Of a stretch of DNA of 64,000 nucleotides, positions 26,925 through 38,352 are shown in pieces; the stretch's first letter is position 1, and every line of letters begins with the position of its first letter. The notes under the pieces were generated by a model, which made no database searches, was not told the DNA's origin, and was given only the letters and a program-made list of their open reading frames with translations. A program made the position numbers and the translations under genes. The stretch is taken from the NCBI GenBank assembly GCA_030248215.1, contig JASANG010000864.1, forward strand, positions 372,001 through 436,000, read 5' to 3'. This DNA comes from Enoplolaimus lenunculus. Lineage: Eukaryota.

Positions 26925-27312
26925 GCCTTAATGTAAAGAATACGGGCGGATCTGTAATATAAGCATATTCCTAAGCCTAAGCCTAAGCCTAAGCCTAAAC
27001 GTAAGAATGAACATATTCCTAAGCCTAAGCCTAAGCCTAAGCCTAAACGTAAGAATGAACATATTCCTAAGCCTAAGCCTAAGCCTAAACGTAAGAATGA
27101 ACATATTCCTAAGCCTAAGCCTAAGCCTAAGCCTAAACGTAAGAATGAATACATTCCTAAGCCTAAGCCAAAGCCTAAGCCTAAACGTATATAAGAATGA
27201 ACACATTCCTAAGCCTAAGCCTAAGCCAAGCAAAAACAATTAGCCTAAAACTTAAGCTTACTTTATTGCAATTCCATAGAAATACGTTCCGCCCCTGATC
27301 TATACATGGGCC
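26925..27312. mobile_element. Subfamily A MITE with internal tandem expansion
   Basis: Internal unit (GCCTAA)n-ACGTAAGAATGAACATATTCCTAA repeated about five times; it generates the LGLG/LRLR artefact ORFs. Confidence 0.75.
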
Positions 27313-27599
27313 GTCTAATGCTAAGCCTAAACGTCTCAATCCCCAACTCTCACAGTCTCGCTATCTCCAAGTGGGTATGCATATTAACGTGACTTTTGTC
27401 AAATTACAACTTCACAGCGTTGTATAAATTGCAGGTGTAACGCCTGAATGTAAGCCTAAGCATAAGCCTAAGCGTAAGCCTATACGTAAGCATAACCCTA
27501 AGCAAAACATTCTTCAAAAGCTTACATTTACTCTATTGCAGTTTCGCGGAAAACGGTCAGCTGCTGATCTTTACATGGGCCTTAAATTACACTACTTAA

Positions 27600-27862
27600 C
27601 CCTTTCTCACATGAATATTATCTATTTTCCCTGAGACCTACATTTATGCTAGGATTCGAACTACAGTGACTGAAGTGGGAGGCGTATACCATCACCACTC
27701 AGCTATAGGACCTTGACGCTCGAGCCCGAGGGGGCTCCCACGTCTTGTGGTGATTTAGTACTACGTATACGTTTTGCAATTGTTAAACACGCAGTGATAT
27801 ATACTATTTAACGTATATACACTGCGCTGAGTTGCCTACAGGCAACTCAATGTGAGAAGGGG
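27600..27862. mobile_element. piggyBac-type (TTAA) MITE with tRNA-derived cassette
   Basis: Closely similar to 6303-6565, same length, TTAA on both flanks. Confidence 0.82.
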
Positions 27863-28063
27863 TTAAAACACAGTGCAAGCTTTCACATGGTAAGAATAGA
27901 TATAACATAAAACACTTGGACCAATTCCTTTGTTCTTAGTTATGTTTTAGAAACGTTAAGCTTCTGACTGAAGCTTATCACAAAATTGGTTACAAGAATA
28001 ATTAATTAACTGTAACACCGTTTACTGTGATAACAAAAAGTAAATGTTTTGATTGAATACTTT

Positions 28064-28258
28064 GGTTCATGTAAAGATCAGGGGCGGAGAGTTTTTCTGT
28101 TGGACTAGAATAAGCTTAAGCGTTAGACTAATTTTTTGCTTGGGTTGGCTTAGGCTTAGGGATAGGAATATGCTCATTAATACGCTTAGGCTTAGGTTTA
28201 GGGTTAGGCTTATGAATATGGTTATAATACTGTTCCGCCGCTGTTCTTTACATTGGCC
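28064..28258. mobile_element. Merlin-like TTAGGC-bearing MITE (subfamily A)
   Basis: Same TIRs as 22075-22274; perfect 8-bp TSD AATACTTT. Confidence 0.8.
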
Positions 28259-30855
28259 AATACTTTCAACATAACAATGGAACAAACGCCCGAACGTTTC
28301 CCATACCGTAATAATAGTTGCTTTAGCTGTAGACAGGGCCGATGCAGCAATCACCATTTCTCCCATTTGGGGGGTCCCTTATCAAAGAGGCCCCCACGCT
28401 TAATCGTTTAAACCAAAACCGACCGCAATTTAAAATGCGTTTGGCGTCTCGCTCGCTTCGTTCGCGAAATTTTCTTCTTTAATCCACCACCGTTGTGATC
28501 CTTTGATTAAATGCTCATAAAATGATTGGACACTGCCCAGCAAATCATGGCTGGCAGTAACAGGGTCAATCACCAACTGGTGGTATATTGATGTTACATA
28601 CATTTGATAATTCAGTCTATACGTAAATTAAAACTGTTGTGAGAATAATATTCAACAACTACGCTCTAAAAAACTTGCAAATTTTAACCAAACTCTTTTC
28701 GAACAAATTCGTATTCACTGAGGCGAAGACGTATATTCACATCAGGGTTTTCTCGTCGAAAATTAAATTATATTTGAAAAAAATTGTGTAATAAAATATT
28801 TCAAATATTTTAAACAAAAAATAAGCCTCAAGTTTAAATTTTAAAAAGTGTATCAATCCAACACTACTGATATATTGGCCAATGTAAAGAACAGGGGCGG
28901 AACAGTATTATAAGCATATTCCTAAGCCTAAGCCTGAGCTTAAGCCGAAGCCTAAGCCAAGGAAAAATATTAGTCTATTAAAGCTTAAGCTAACTATATT
29001 GCTGTCCCACAGCAGAACGTTCCGTCCCTGATCTTTACGTGGACCATTATTTCAAACAAAAAACAAGCCCCAAGTTTAAATTTTCAAAAATTCATCAACA
29101 CAACACTATTAGTATATTTATGAATTGAACGAATCTGTAATATAAGGATACGTTCTATTTGAAACTATTTTTCGAGCAAAAATTATTGGACGTTTGAGAC
29201 AACGAATCTAAATCATTAATTAATCTTGAACCAGTTAAACCAATAGGGTTTAGCCAAAAACCCGTAGCAAGAGGTGGCTCAAGAGTGCTCAGCCTCACCT
29301 CTAGAAAAACTTGCCGCCCGGAAAACTAGAATAATTTTGGTTTTAAATGTTGAATAATTTCCGTATGTCTAAAGTGGAATTATCGCCAAAATGTTTAAGA
29401 TAACTATTAAACCTGGCTGTGAATATTATAACAAATGAATGATAATTGTAGACCTTAGACGCTCGCTTAGACTTAGGCTTAGAATCTCGTTTTAGCGACT
29501 GGAACATGTTCTATTGATCATCGGTTGAGCCGAATCAATTGTGTTAGCAACGCTGAACTCAAGCATTGTAAAATATCGCCTTCAGCAGGAAAAATTATAC
29601 GTAAAACAATAGGTTGAGCAGTAAACCTGATTTAAGTATGTAGTGACCAGAATACGAGGGAGGACTGATAGTTATTTCGCCTCTCCAGAGGGTACCGCCC
29701 TGGACTCAAAATGGGGACTCCCTCTCTTATTCGGGTAACTACAGTAGAATATTACAAATTAAATTGAACTGTTTCAAAAATTTGACTGCCTAATTTTAAA
29801 ACGTCATAACTTTATCGTCGGATATTATAAAGGCTCTGTTTTGGTTGACAAATTTAAGCTAAGTATATATACCCATATTCAGAGAAGAAAACCAATTTCT
29901 GTATATTTCTGGTTCTCAGACTGGCTGCTTCGCTGATTATTTTACTGCTTCCAATTATTTATGATGTAGTTACTTCGAAATTCTTGCAACATCAGCATGC
30001 GGTCTGAACAAAACGTGCAGAGAGCAGGAAAGGTTAAGGCTTAGGCATAGGGAAACATTTTTTGTAAATGTTGAAGAGTTTAAGCATATTTGAGATTCTT
30101 GCGTTTCACTGATCATCCGATATTTATTTTTTGACAAAAAATTTCGTCTGCTCCCTAGGCACCCTGGGACCCTAAAGAATGAAACTTCAAAAAAAATTCA
30201 AACGGGTGTGAATTTGGGATGTCAAGGTATCAAATTTTTCAAAACTTCAAATTTGGGTGTGAAATGATCAGTGAAAGTTACGGGAAGCTCAAATATGTAA
30301 CAATTTACAAAAATGGACCATTTTGGGCAAGTGCGGGCTGCCGGGTAATGACTGAAGACCGAAACGCTGGACTGTGTCGAGAGATCAGATGTTTTTAGCT
30401 CGGTTTGATTGGCGTAGATCGCATTTTAAGGCCCATTGAATGATCAGGGGCGGAACCTTTTCCTGTGGGACTAGAAAAGAGTAAGCTTAAGCTTTTGACT
30501 TATTTTTTGCTTGCTTAGGCTTAGGCTTAGGTTAGGCTTAGGCTTAGGCTTACGTTTAGGAATATGCCTGTAATACTGTTCCTCCCCTGATCTTTACATT
30601 GACCCATTTTAATAGCGGCGCTGTTATAATTTATGATTTTAATCTGAGCTGTTACTTAATTTTCCAAAGCCCTTGCTGCGTACCTATCATTTGCAAACTG
30701 TCAGCTTTTCGGGTTTTTTGACATGGTGTAAGCAATATTTAAATGCATGAAATACTACTTAGGCTTAAATTCCAAACGTATTCTTATATTTTAGAGTTCC
30801 GTCAAATCAAATTAGTGCGAAACTGCTAGTACTTTTTGTGATTTTTGGCAGCCTA

Positions 30856-31061
30856 CACTGCAAAAAATGGTTAGTCAATTTGACTCTCTCCGAAAGAGGC
30901 TTTACGGGACGACACAAACTGCGTCAAACTAGACTCTGCCGGAGTCAAGTTCGTCTCGTAACACGTTTGACTCTGGCGGAGTCGAATTTGACTCTGTTTG
31001 TGTAGTCCCGTAGAGCCTATTTCGTCGAGAGACAATTGTGGACTCATCAATTTTTGCAGTG
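30856..31061. mobile_element. TA-flanked palindromic MITE
   Basis: TA|CACTGCAAAAAATGG ... TTTTTGCAGTG|TA with long inverted arms containing GAGTCAAATTGACTC. Copies at 46265-46472; partial at ~16260-16357 and ~43246-43385. Confidence 0.72.
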
Positions 31062-31315
31062 TACAGTGCTCGATTTATCATAGAAAGTTCGAGTTACCAT
31101 CGTATTTGCTGGCAAATCTTCGGATTAGGATTAGACTTTTAAGCATAGAAGATTAAACTTACGCTTAAAGCGTTATGCTAAGAAGGCTAACGGTATTAGC
31201 GATAAAACTTTTTCAGTAAAATACGCTTTATATTTATGAATTTGCAGCGAGTCAACATTACACGGATAATTTAGAATTTAGCTTAAAATATACACTCGTT
31301 TTGACTATTGGAGCA

Positions 31316-33140
31316 ATGTTAGCGACAATTTTTTATCAGTCGAAGCGGACGCAAACGCCATTACTTCTGATCTGTTGTTTAGTTTCAGTCAGCTACTGTA
31401 CATTGCCTGGGCGGCAACAACAATTTGACAATGATGAAGGTAAAGTTTCCGAGTACGGATAAGCTTACTTGAGCTAGTATTAATATACCAGTACAGAAGC
31501 AAATGTATAAAGATCAGAGGCGTAACGTTTTTCTACGGTACTGCAATGGAGTAAATTTAAGCTTTGGAAAATTTTTGCTTAGCAGGGCTTAGGTATAAGG
31601 TCATTCTTATCCTTAGGCTTAGACTTATGAATGTACTTATGCTACTGTAACGGTCCTGTTCTATACATTGGCCAGTACCGACACAGGCGAATATATGCGG
31701 GGGGAGATAGATTTACATCAACGTTCGCAATTTTTTTGAGAAACAATAAAAAGGGGCATTTTACGGGCTTTAGAATAACTCCGTTGGATCCCAGATGCCA
31801 AAAACTGTCGGCTATGCTTCTGTTTACTGAACGCAAAGTTTTCCGTCAAATTCAGCTTTATTTTGTTCTATTTCTGTTTAAAAAAATTAAAAACAGGCCT
31901 GCAGCATGCCATATTTTTAACCAATATTCCTGGAAGACAAGCCAAATCACTATTAACAAAATTTTAAATAACCATCTGTATCCTCAAAGCCCAAAAATAA
32001 TTAGGTGATACGCTTCCGAAATTAAATCCTGTCTACGCCCCTCCGCTGTATTTGGTTTAAATCGTTTTGTGGCGAAAATAAAGTGCCTTTTAATACCGTT
32101 TCAGATTCGTCAGAATTCAACTGTACCGGGTTACCCGATGGTAATTATCCGCTCAGTGGATGTTCTGATATGTTTTGGTCGTGTTCCGGTGGCCTACCGT
32201 ATCGTATGCATTGTGTGTTTAACTTATTCTATGATCACAGAAGCGATTCATGCGAATACAAAGCGTGTCTGGACGCCTGCGGCGGCGACGATGAATTTAT
32301 CCCTGGATCGGAATGTAGCAATACGCAGATGCGATCAAACGTAGCTCAAGGTAAGTCCGATTGACAATTGGAGCAGTCCTTATTGGATTGCTCAAAGCTT
32401 CTAAATTCGAAGCCTAAATTTGGGTTCGTTTACATTCAAAACAGGTTCTTTTTGTACGATATAGAGCGATGTTAACAGAGTTCAAGTATTCGGCCCATAT
32501 ATAAAACAGGGCCGGATCGCTTTCTGAAGCGGCTATAATAGAGTCAGTTTAAGTTTTAGACTAATTTTTTGCTTAGGCTAAGGTTTAAGCTTAGGCTTAG
32601 GCTTAGGCTTAGGGTTAGGCTTAGGAATAGGCTCATCCATACGTTTAGACTTAGACTTAGGCTTAGAATATGCTTATACTACTGTTCCGGCTCAGTTCTA
32701 TACATGGGACCAGTATGGCCTATGTATAGAACAGGGCGGTAACAGTAATGTAAGGATATTCATAAGCCTACGCCTAACCTAAGCGTAACAATAAACTTGC
32801 ACCTAAGCCGAAGCCAAAGGCTAAGTCTGAGCAGTATATTAGTCTAAAGATTTAGCTTGCTTGTTGCAATCTTTCCGAAAAACGTTCTGCCCCTGATCTT
32901 TTCACGGCCAGGAGCCTTAAACGCACATTGTATTTGCTAATTTTAGAAATTGATTTCGATTGCACTGGGAAACCAAACGGACGCTATGCAACCGGATTGA
33001 AATGTAGCAAAACATATTTCGTTTGCGTCAACGACAGAGGAATTGAACAAACGTGCCCCGATCAGATGGTGTATAACAAAAACACGGCCCAATGCGAACA
33101 GCCAGGACGTAATGGGATCGAGTGTGATAGTTTGCATTAA
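31316..33140 (+). CDS. Secreted protein with two chitin-binding type-2 (peritrophin-A/CBM14) domains (~187 aa)
   Basis: Exons 31316-31439 (hydrophobic leader ..PLLLICCLVSVSYC), 32105-32350 (FNCTGLPDGNYPLSGCSDMFWSCSGG..HCVFNLFYDHRSDSCEY..C) and 32947-33140 (FDCTGKPNGRYATGLKCSKTYFVC..TCPDQMVYNKNTAQC..C). All introns are phase 1 with GT-AG ends; Cys spacing is typical of CBM14. Confidence 0.92.
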
Positions 33141-33484
33141 ATTGCGGATAGCGAAACTTTTATCATAGTCTGATAGGAATTTTAGCCCAAAAACAGGGCC
33201 GAATCGTTTTCCGGAGGGGCTATAATAGAGTCCGTTTAAGCTTTAGACTAATTTTTGTTTGCTTTGGCTTAGGCTTAGGCTTAGGCTTAGGAATATGCTC
33301 ATCCATACGCTTAGGTTTAGGCTTAGGCTTAGACGTAGGCTTAGGAACATGCTTATACTACTGTTCCGGCCCTGTTCTATACAAGGACCAAAACTTTAGT
33401 GATTTTTATCTACTAAATTTTGTGTAAATTTTAAGTTTGAACATAGAAATACTGAAATTTTAGTCGATTTCCCGATATATTAAC

Positions 33485-33646
33485 CGGGCTCGTAGCCAAG
33501 GGGGGCCCAGGGGGGCTCAGCTCCCCTGGAAAATATTGGTCCCTCTAGACAATTTTCAATCTAGCTTGTAAGTCATTGAATACCCTTGAATGCTCCTCCT
33601 GAAAATTTTTTGGGCCCCCTAGCAAGGTGTGCTGGCTACGGGCCTG
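33485..33646. mobile_element. hAT-like MITE
   Basis: TIR C(A/G)GGC(C/T)CGTAGCCA; 8-bp TSD ATATTAAC. Related copies near 2930-3090, 4205-4325, 18140-18297 and 19695-19840. Confidence 0.75.
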
Positions 33647-33742
33647 ATATTAACGGATATATATACTCGGATATGCTGATAATATTTTTTGAAATATGGT
33701 TTTCAAAGAACGACGACTCAAAGTGATTTTTACAACAATTAG

Positions 33743-35400
33743 TTATAACAAGAGTGGATGATGCATATTAACACGAGTATGCAACTGAATACATTCCGTT
33801 TTGAAAACAATGTACCCAGCGCGCGTTGAATTTTTGGCCGACCTCCCTTTATTTAGATGGGGGTACAACCTATGCGAACCATGACACTTTATGTATCCGG
33901 CAACAAATTGTTCCGCTTATAATTTAATTTAGCGGTATTGCATGTGACAGCGAACCCTCCTCTAAACAAAGGGGGAGGTCGGCCAAAAACGCAACGCCCG
34001 GTGGTACATTTTGTACCATGCGGCACCCAAAGTGTTGCACACTCTTGTATCATGCACTTTTGGTTATAACAAGAGTTTATAAGCATAGAGAGTGATTCTT
34101 CGCCCTCTGGATTAAAGCATTTAAGCACCACGTAGTTTAATATTCATTTTACTCCTACCGTGATTGAGGGGTGTAAAGCTGTATTCATTTCTACTATAAA
34201 TCATCGACAAACATAAAGGTACATGGGGCTGCAATCCGTAAATCTATATACTTTAAGGATAGCAACCGCCTCGCATAATGGAGGAGGGGTGACCGGTGAT
34301 TAGGATTGCGCGATGGTTCATGGTTATAACTTAAAGTGTGGCGAAGGGTTACACTCTGTAATTATGCACTCTTGGTTATATCAAGAGTGCATGATACCCT
34401 TTAACAAGAGTATGTAACTGGGTACATTCTATGTAGAAAAAATGTACCCAGCGCGCGTTGCATTTTTGGCTTACCCCCCGTATTTGGGGAGGGGGTCAAA
34501 ATCTCCATCGATGTTGAAATTCATGTGCTATTGTATATACTAAAATGTGGTCCGATTATATTTTCGGTGTTGGCTGGCGGATACACGTGTAAAATGAACG
34601 TAAAATTGACCCCCCAAAATGAGGGGGGTTGGCCAAAAAGGCAACGCGTGCCGGTATATTCTTTAATACACAGAATGTACCCAGTTGCACACTCTTGTTA
34701 GAGTGATCATCCACTCTTGGTTACACCAAGAGTGGATAATCGCCATTCAACAAGACTGTGCCACTGGACACATTCTGTGTGGAAAAGAATGTGCCCGGCA
34801 CGCGTTGCGTTTTTGCCCAACCCCCTCCCCCTTTATTTAGAGGGAGGTACAACCGGTGCGACCATGGCACTTTATGTATGCGGTCTCAAACATGCTCGCC
34901 TTATAGTTTAATTCAGGCGTATACACGGGATAGCGACCCCCCTCTAAATAAGGGGGTGGCCAAAAATGCAACACCCGGTGGTAGATTTTGTACCATGCGG
35001 GACCCCAAGGGTTGCACACTATTGTCATTATTCACTCTTGGTTATACCAAAAGTGAATGATCAGTCTTAGCCAAGAGTATGCAACAGCCTGGATCCTGCA
35101 TATTACAAAATGTACCATCGCGCGTTGTATTTTTGCTCGACCCCCCTCAATGGGGCGCGTGGGGTTGGGGTGGAATGTCACCACGTAAACCACTAAACAT
35201 TAGGGTTAAGAATATAATCGAAGAGTCTTAAGCTAAAATTCAAAAATATTAGTGCAAAGTTCCCACCTAAATTTGGGGGAGTGGGTGCAGGGCAAAATGC
35301 AACGTGCCCTGGGTGCATTCATTTCTACGCAGAATGTACCCAGTTACACACGCTTGAAATAGAGTAGGTAGCCACTGTTGGTTATACAACAGTGGATGAC
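33743..35400. mobile_element. Head-to-tail array of five complete (plus one partial) ~310-340 bp MITEs with CCAAGAGTG(C/G)ATGA termini
   Basis: Junction cores TTATA/TTACA at 33743, 34064, 34376, 34721, 35042 and 35382. Each internal core is flanked by the inverted arms TCAT(G/C)CACTCTTGG / CCAAGAGTG(C/G)ATGA. Confidence 0.8.
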
Positions 35401-35663
35401 GTCCCACCTTGCAGACGAGTGTTTGCATTCGATGCGGTAGTTCATGGCACAAAATGCCCGAACTCGTGTACTTCACATAGGCTTCATTTTAACTTGAGTC
35501 GTATGCGCACTTATATTTTAACTTCTGTCATATGAGCAGTTTCTTAAGGTTCTAATACCCATTCCCCCGCAGTTTTTTTGAAAATTTCAAATTTTGTCAA
35601 TATTTAAGCTTAACGATTAGGCTTTAGACTGTGGCTGAGAATTACACTTGGGCTTAGGTTTAA

Positions 35664-35926
35664 CCCTTTCTCACATGAATATTTCCAATTTCAAATGAGA
35701 CGTAATTTCAAGGCAGGATTCGAACCCCAGTCTCACGGGTAGGAGGCGTTTACGATGACCACTGAGCTATAGGACCTTGACGCTCGAGCCTGATGGGGCT
35801 CTCACGGCTTGTGGAGACTTTGCACTGCGCATATATGGTAGAATTGTGTAACACTGCTCACAGTGTGTGTATTGCTGGTATATTATTTTATTTAGTTGCT
35901 CATAGTATACTCTATGAGCGAGAGGG
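35664..35926. mobile_element. piggyBac-type (TTAA) MITE with tRNA-derived cassette, diverged subfamily
   Basis: TTAA|CCCTTTCTCACAT ... ATGAGCGAGAGGG|TTAA, 263 bp; resembles the copy at 62370-62634. Confidence 0.78.
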
Positions 35927-38352
35927 TTAAGCATTGCGGGGGGATGCGTACAAGAGCTTATATGAATCGATCCTTGTTTTTATGTTGATATCAACTGTGA
36001 TTTTGTATCCATATATGATGTAGTGGTTTTATGAGTTTGTCGTTTCTATTAATACCTTAATTGTATTTGGCTGGTATTCTGTAATACCAATGAATTTTCT
36101 GCAAATTAATGTTTGTGTTTTAAAGAACAATCTACGCATTCTGTTAATTAATAAATGAGTTTGTTTTAAATTTTTCTAACACATGAAATCGGGTAACACG
36201 GCTGTTCGTCGACCAAGAACTTGTAATCCAAATTTTATCGACTCTACAATGACAATTTGTTGCTTATCATTATGCTTTAGGCTTAGGCTTAAGCATAAAA
36301 TTACGTTTAGGATTATGTTTAAATTTATTAGTACTTTTAGGACACTGTTGGACGACAAGTTGTCGGGCGACGAATAGTCGTAAATTTATGTAATTGAATT
36401 TGTTTCAAAACCATGCCGTCCAAGTGTTGTACCTATACAGGTCCAATGAGGCGTAGCATGTCGATCATAACTCATTTTTAATATTTAAGAATATTACCTC
36501 AAACTGTTGGCAAATTTTAATTTCTTTACCATTGCGAAATTCGTTATAGTCGGGTCTTAATTAAGGGCTCATGTTCTCAAATGTGTATAGCAACTATTGT
36601 CATTTAGTAATAGGTTTTCAAGCTCATGAACTATTGCAATTGTTGAATTCAAAATCGATACAGCAGTAAAGCAAATTATATGCAAATGACGTGCTGAATT
36701 TTGAGCCTCAGCATTCACTGGTTTGAAAGTTACAAGACCTATCACAAACTGATGATAGGTGCTGCACACATTTGAGAATACGGGACAAGGACAAACATTT
36801 ATATGTTGCTTATATACTTGAAATAACTAATGTTAAAGCATTAACCAGAGCAAAAAAATTACTACAAAATAATCCGCTTTATACTTCATAGTTCCGACGA
36901 CCCATTTTCTGTCTGCCTGGAAACGAGTAAGTTTAAGCTTTAGACTGCGTTTTTGCAATGGCTTAGGCTTAGGAATATGCTTATGATACTGTTCCGCCCT
37001 GTTTTTCTTTTACATTGGCCACAAATTTTAACACTATTTTGAGTAAATATTGTACAAAGAATGTACCTAATGAAGAAGAACCTTAGCCGAAATTAAATTT
37101 GCTTTCTAAATAATATTTCAAAATTTTTGTTCAGCGAAATAATTACGTTTTTAGGGCGGCACTATATTTTTCTAATCATTTGATGTCTTCGGTGGTGGTG
37201 CTTCGCCATTCGTCGTTCGCCGTCCGTCGCCGTCACTTTTCGTTCGTTGCCGTCTGTCGCCGTCTGTGGTCGTGTCTCCCTCTGTCGTCGTGCGTTAATG
37301 TCCAATCACTGTGCGATATTGGTCGTGAATTACTTGCGGACGATTCCACTGGATGACAGACGGTGACTTACGGTCAGTGACGGTTCAGCGCGACAAGTAT
37401 AACGCCACCCTCAGTTTGATACGCGCCCAGTTAACGAGACTCCCCCTTTATGGTGGTGATACCCTGTGCAAATAGCTCCAACGTGAATGGCCAATAAACC
37501 GAATAATTTGGACTATAACCCCCCTTAATCATGTTGCCTAAATCTGACCCTGATTCGTTGACCATGACCGGTAGTAAATATTCTACAAGTACCATCATTG
37601 TCAATACATTTGGAAGCTTTTTACCAAAAATAAATAAATGCAACTCATTTCTTTAACTTTTTTGTATATTTGTGCTGCCTACAGCTGTAGTCTTTAATGA
37701 AAAAAATCAAACGCCTTATATATTTTGGCACAATTTTAAGCTTTCATTGTTTACTTTTAGTTCCGTTTATTTTAGTTTCCGCCACCGCAAAATATACTAA
37801 TCTAAAAACGGTGTTTAACGGACCCATGTAAAGATCAGGGCGGAACGTTTTTCTGTGGGATTAGAAAAGAGTAAGCTTAAAGCTTTAGACTAATTTTTTG
37901 ATCCACTTAGGCTTAGGCTTAGACTTAATGCTCATTTTTACGCGTAGGCTTAGGCTTAGGCTTAGGCTTAGGAATATGCTTTACTGTTCCCCCCTGTTTT
38001 TACATTGGCCATATATCGTAAGCCAACGTTCCGGACATATGATGAGGTTTCAGGCGAATTTTTTTGATTAGGCAGAGGCTTTTGCTCGGAAATATGCTTA
38101 GACTACTGTTACGACCCGAAAAGTAACATTGGCTCCTACCCTTAGTCTCTGCGGCCAATGTTGCTTTTGAAGGGCGTAACAGACATGCAATGATATTTCT
38201 AAGCCTAACTTAAGCCTCAGCGTCAGGACAAGTGTGTAACTAAGCCTAAGCTTAAAAATTAATCTAAAGTTTAAGCTTGCTCTACAAGAGTCTCATGGAA
38301 AAACGGTACGTCCGTCAGAGTGAACATGAGCTATCACTTTGATTGGCCACCT

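Noticed and set aside
33743..35400. True CRISPR array
   Set aside because: Eukaryotic context, no cas genes, ~300-bp 'spacers' that are MITE interiors; the palindromic 'repeat' is two abutting TIRs.
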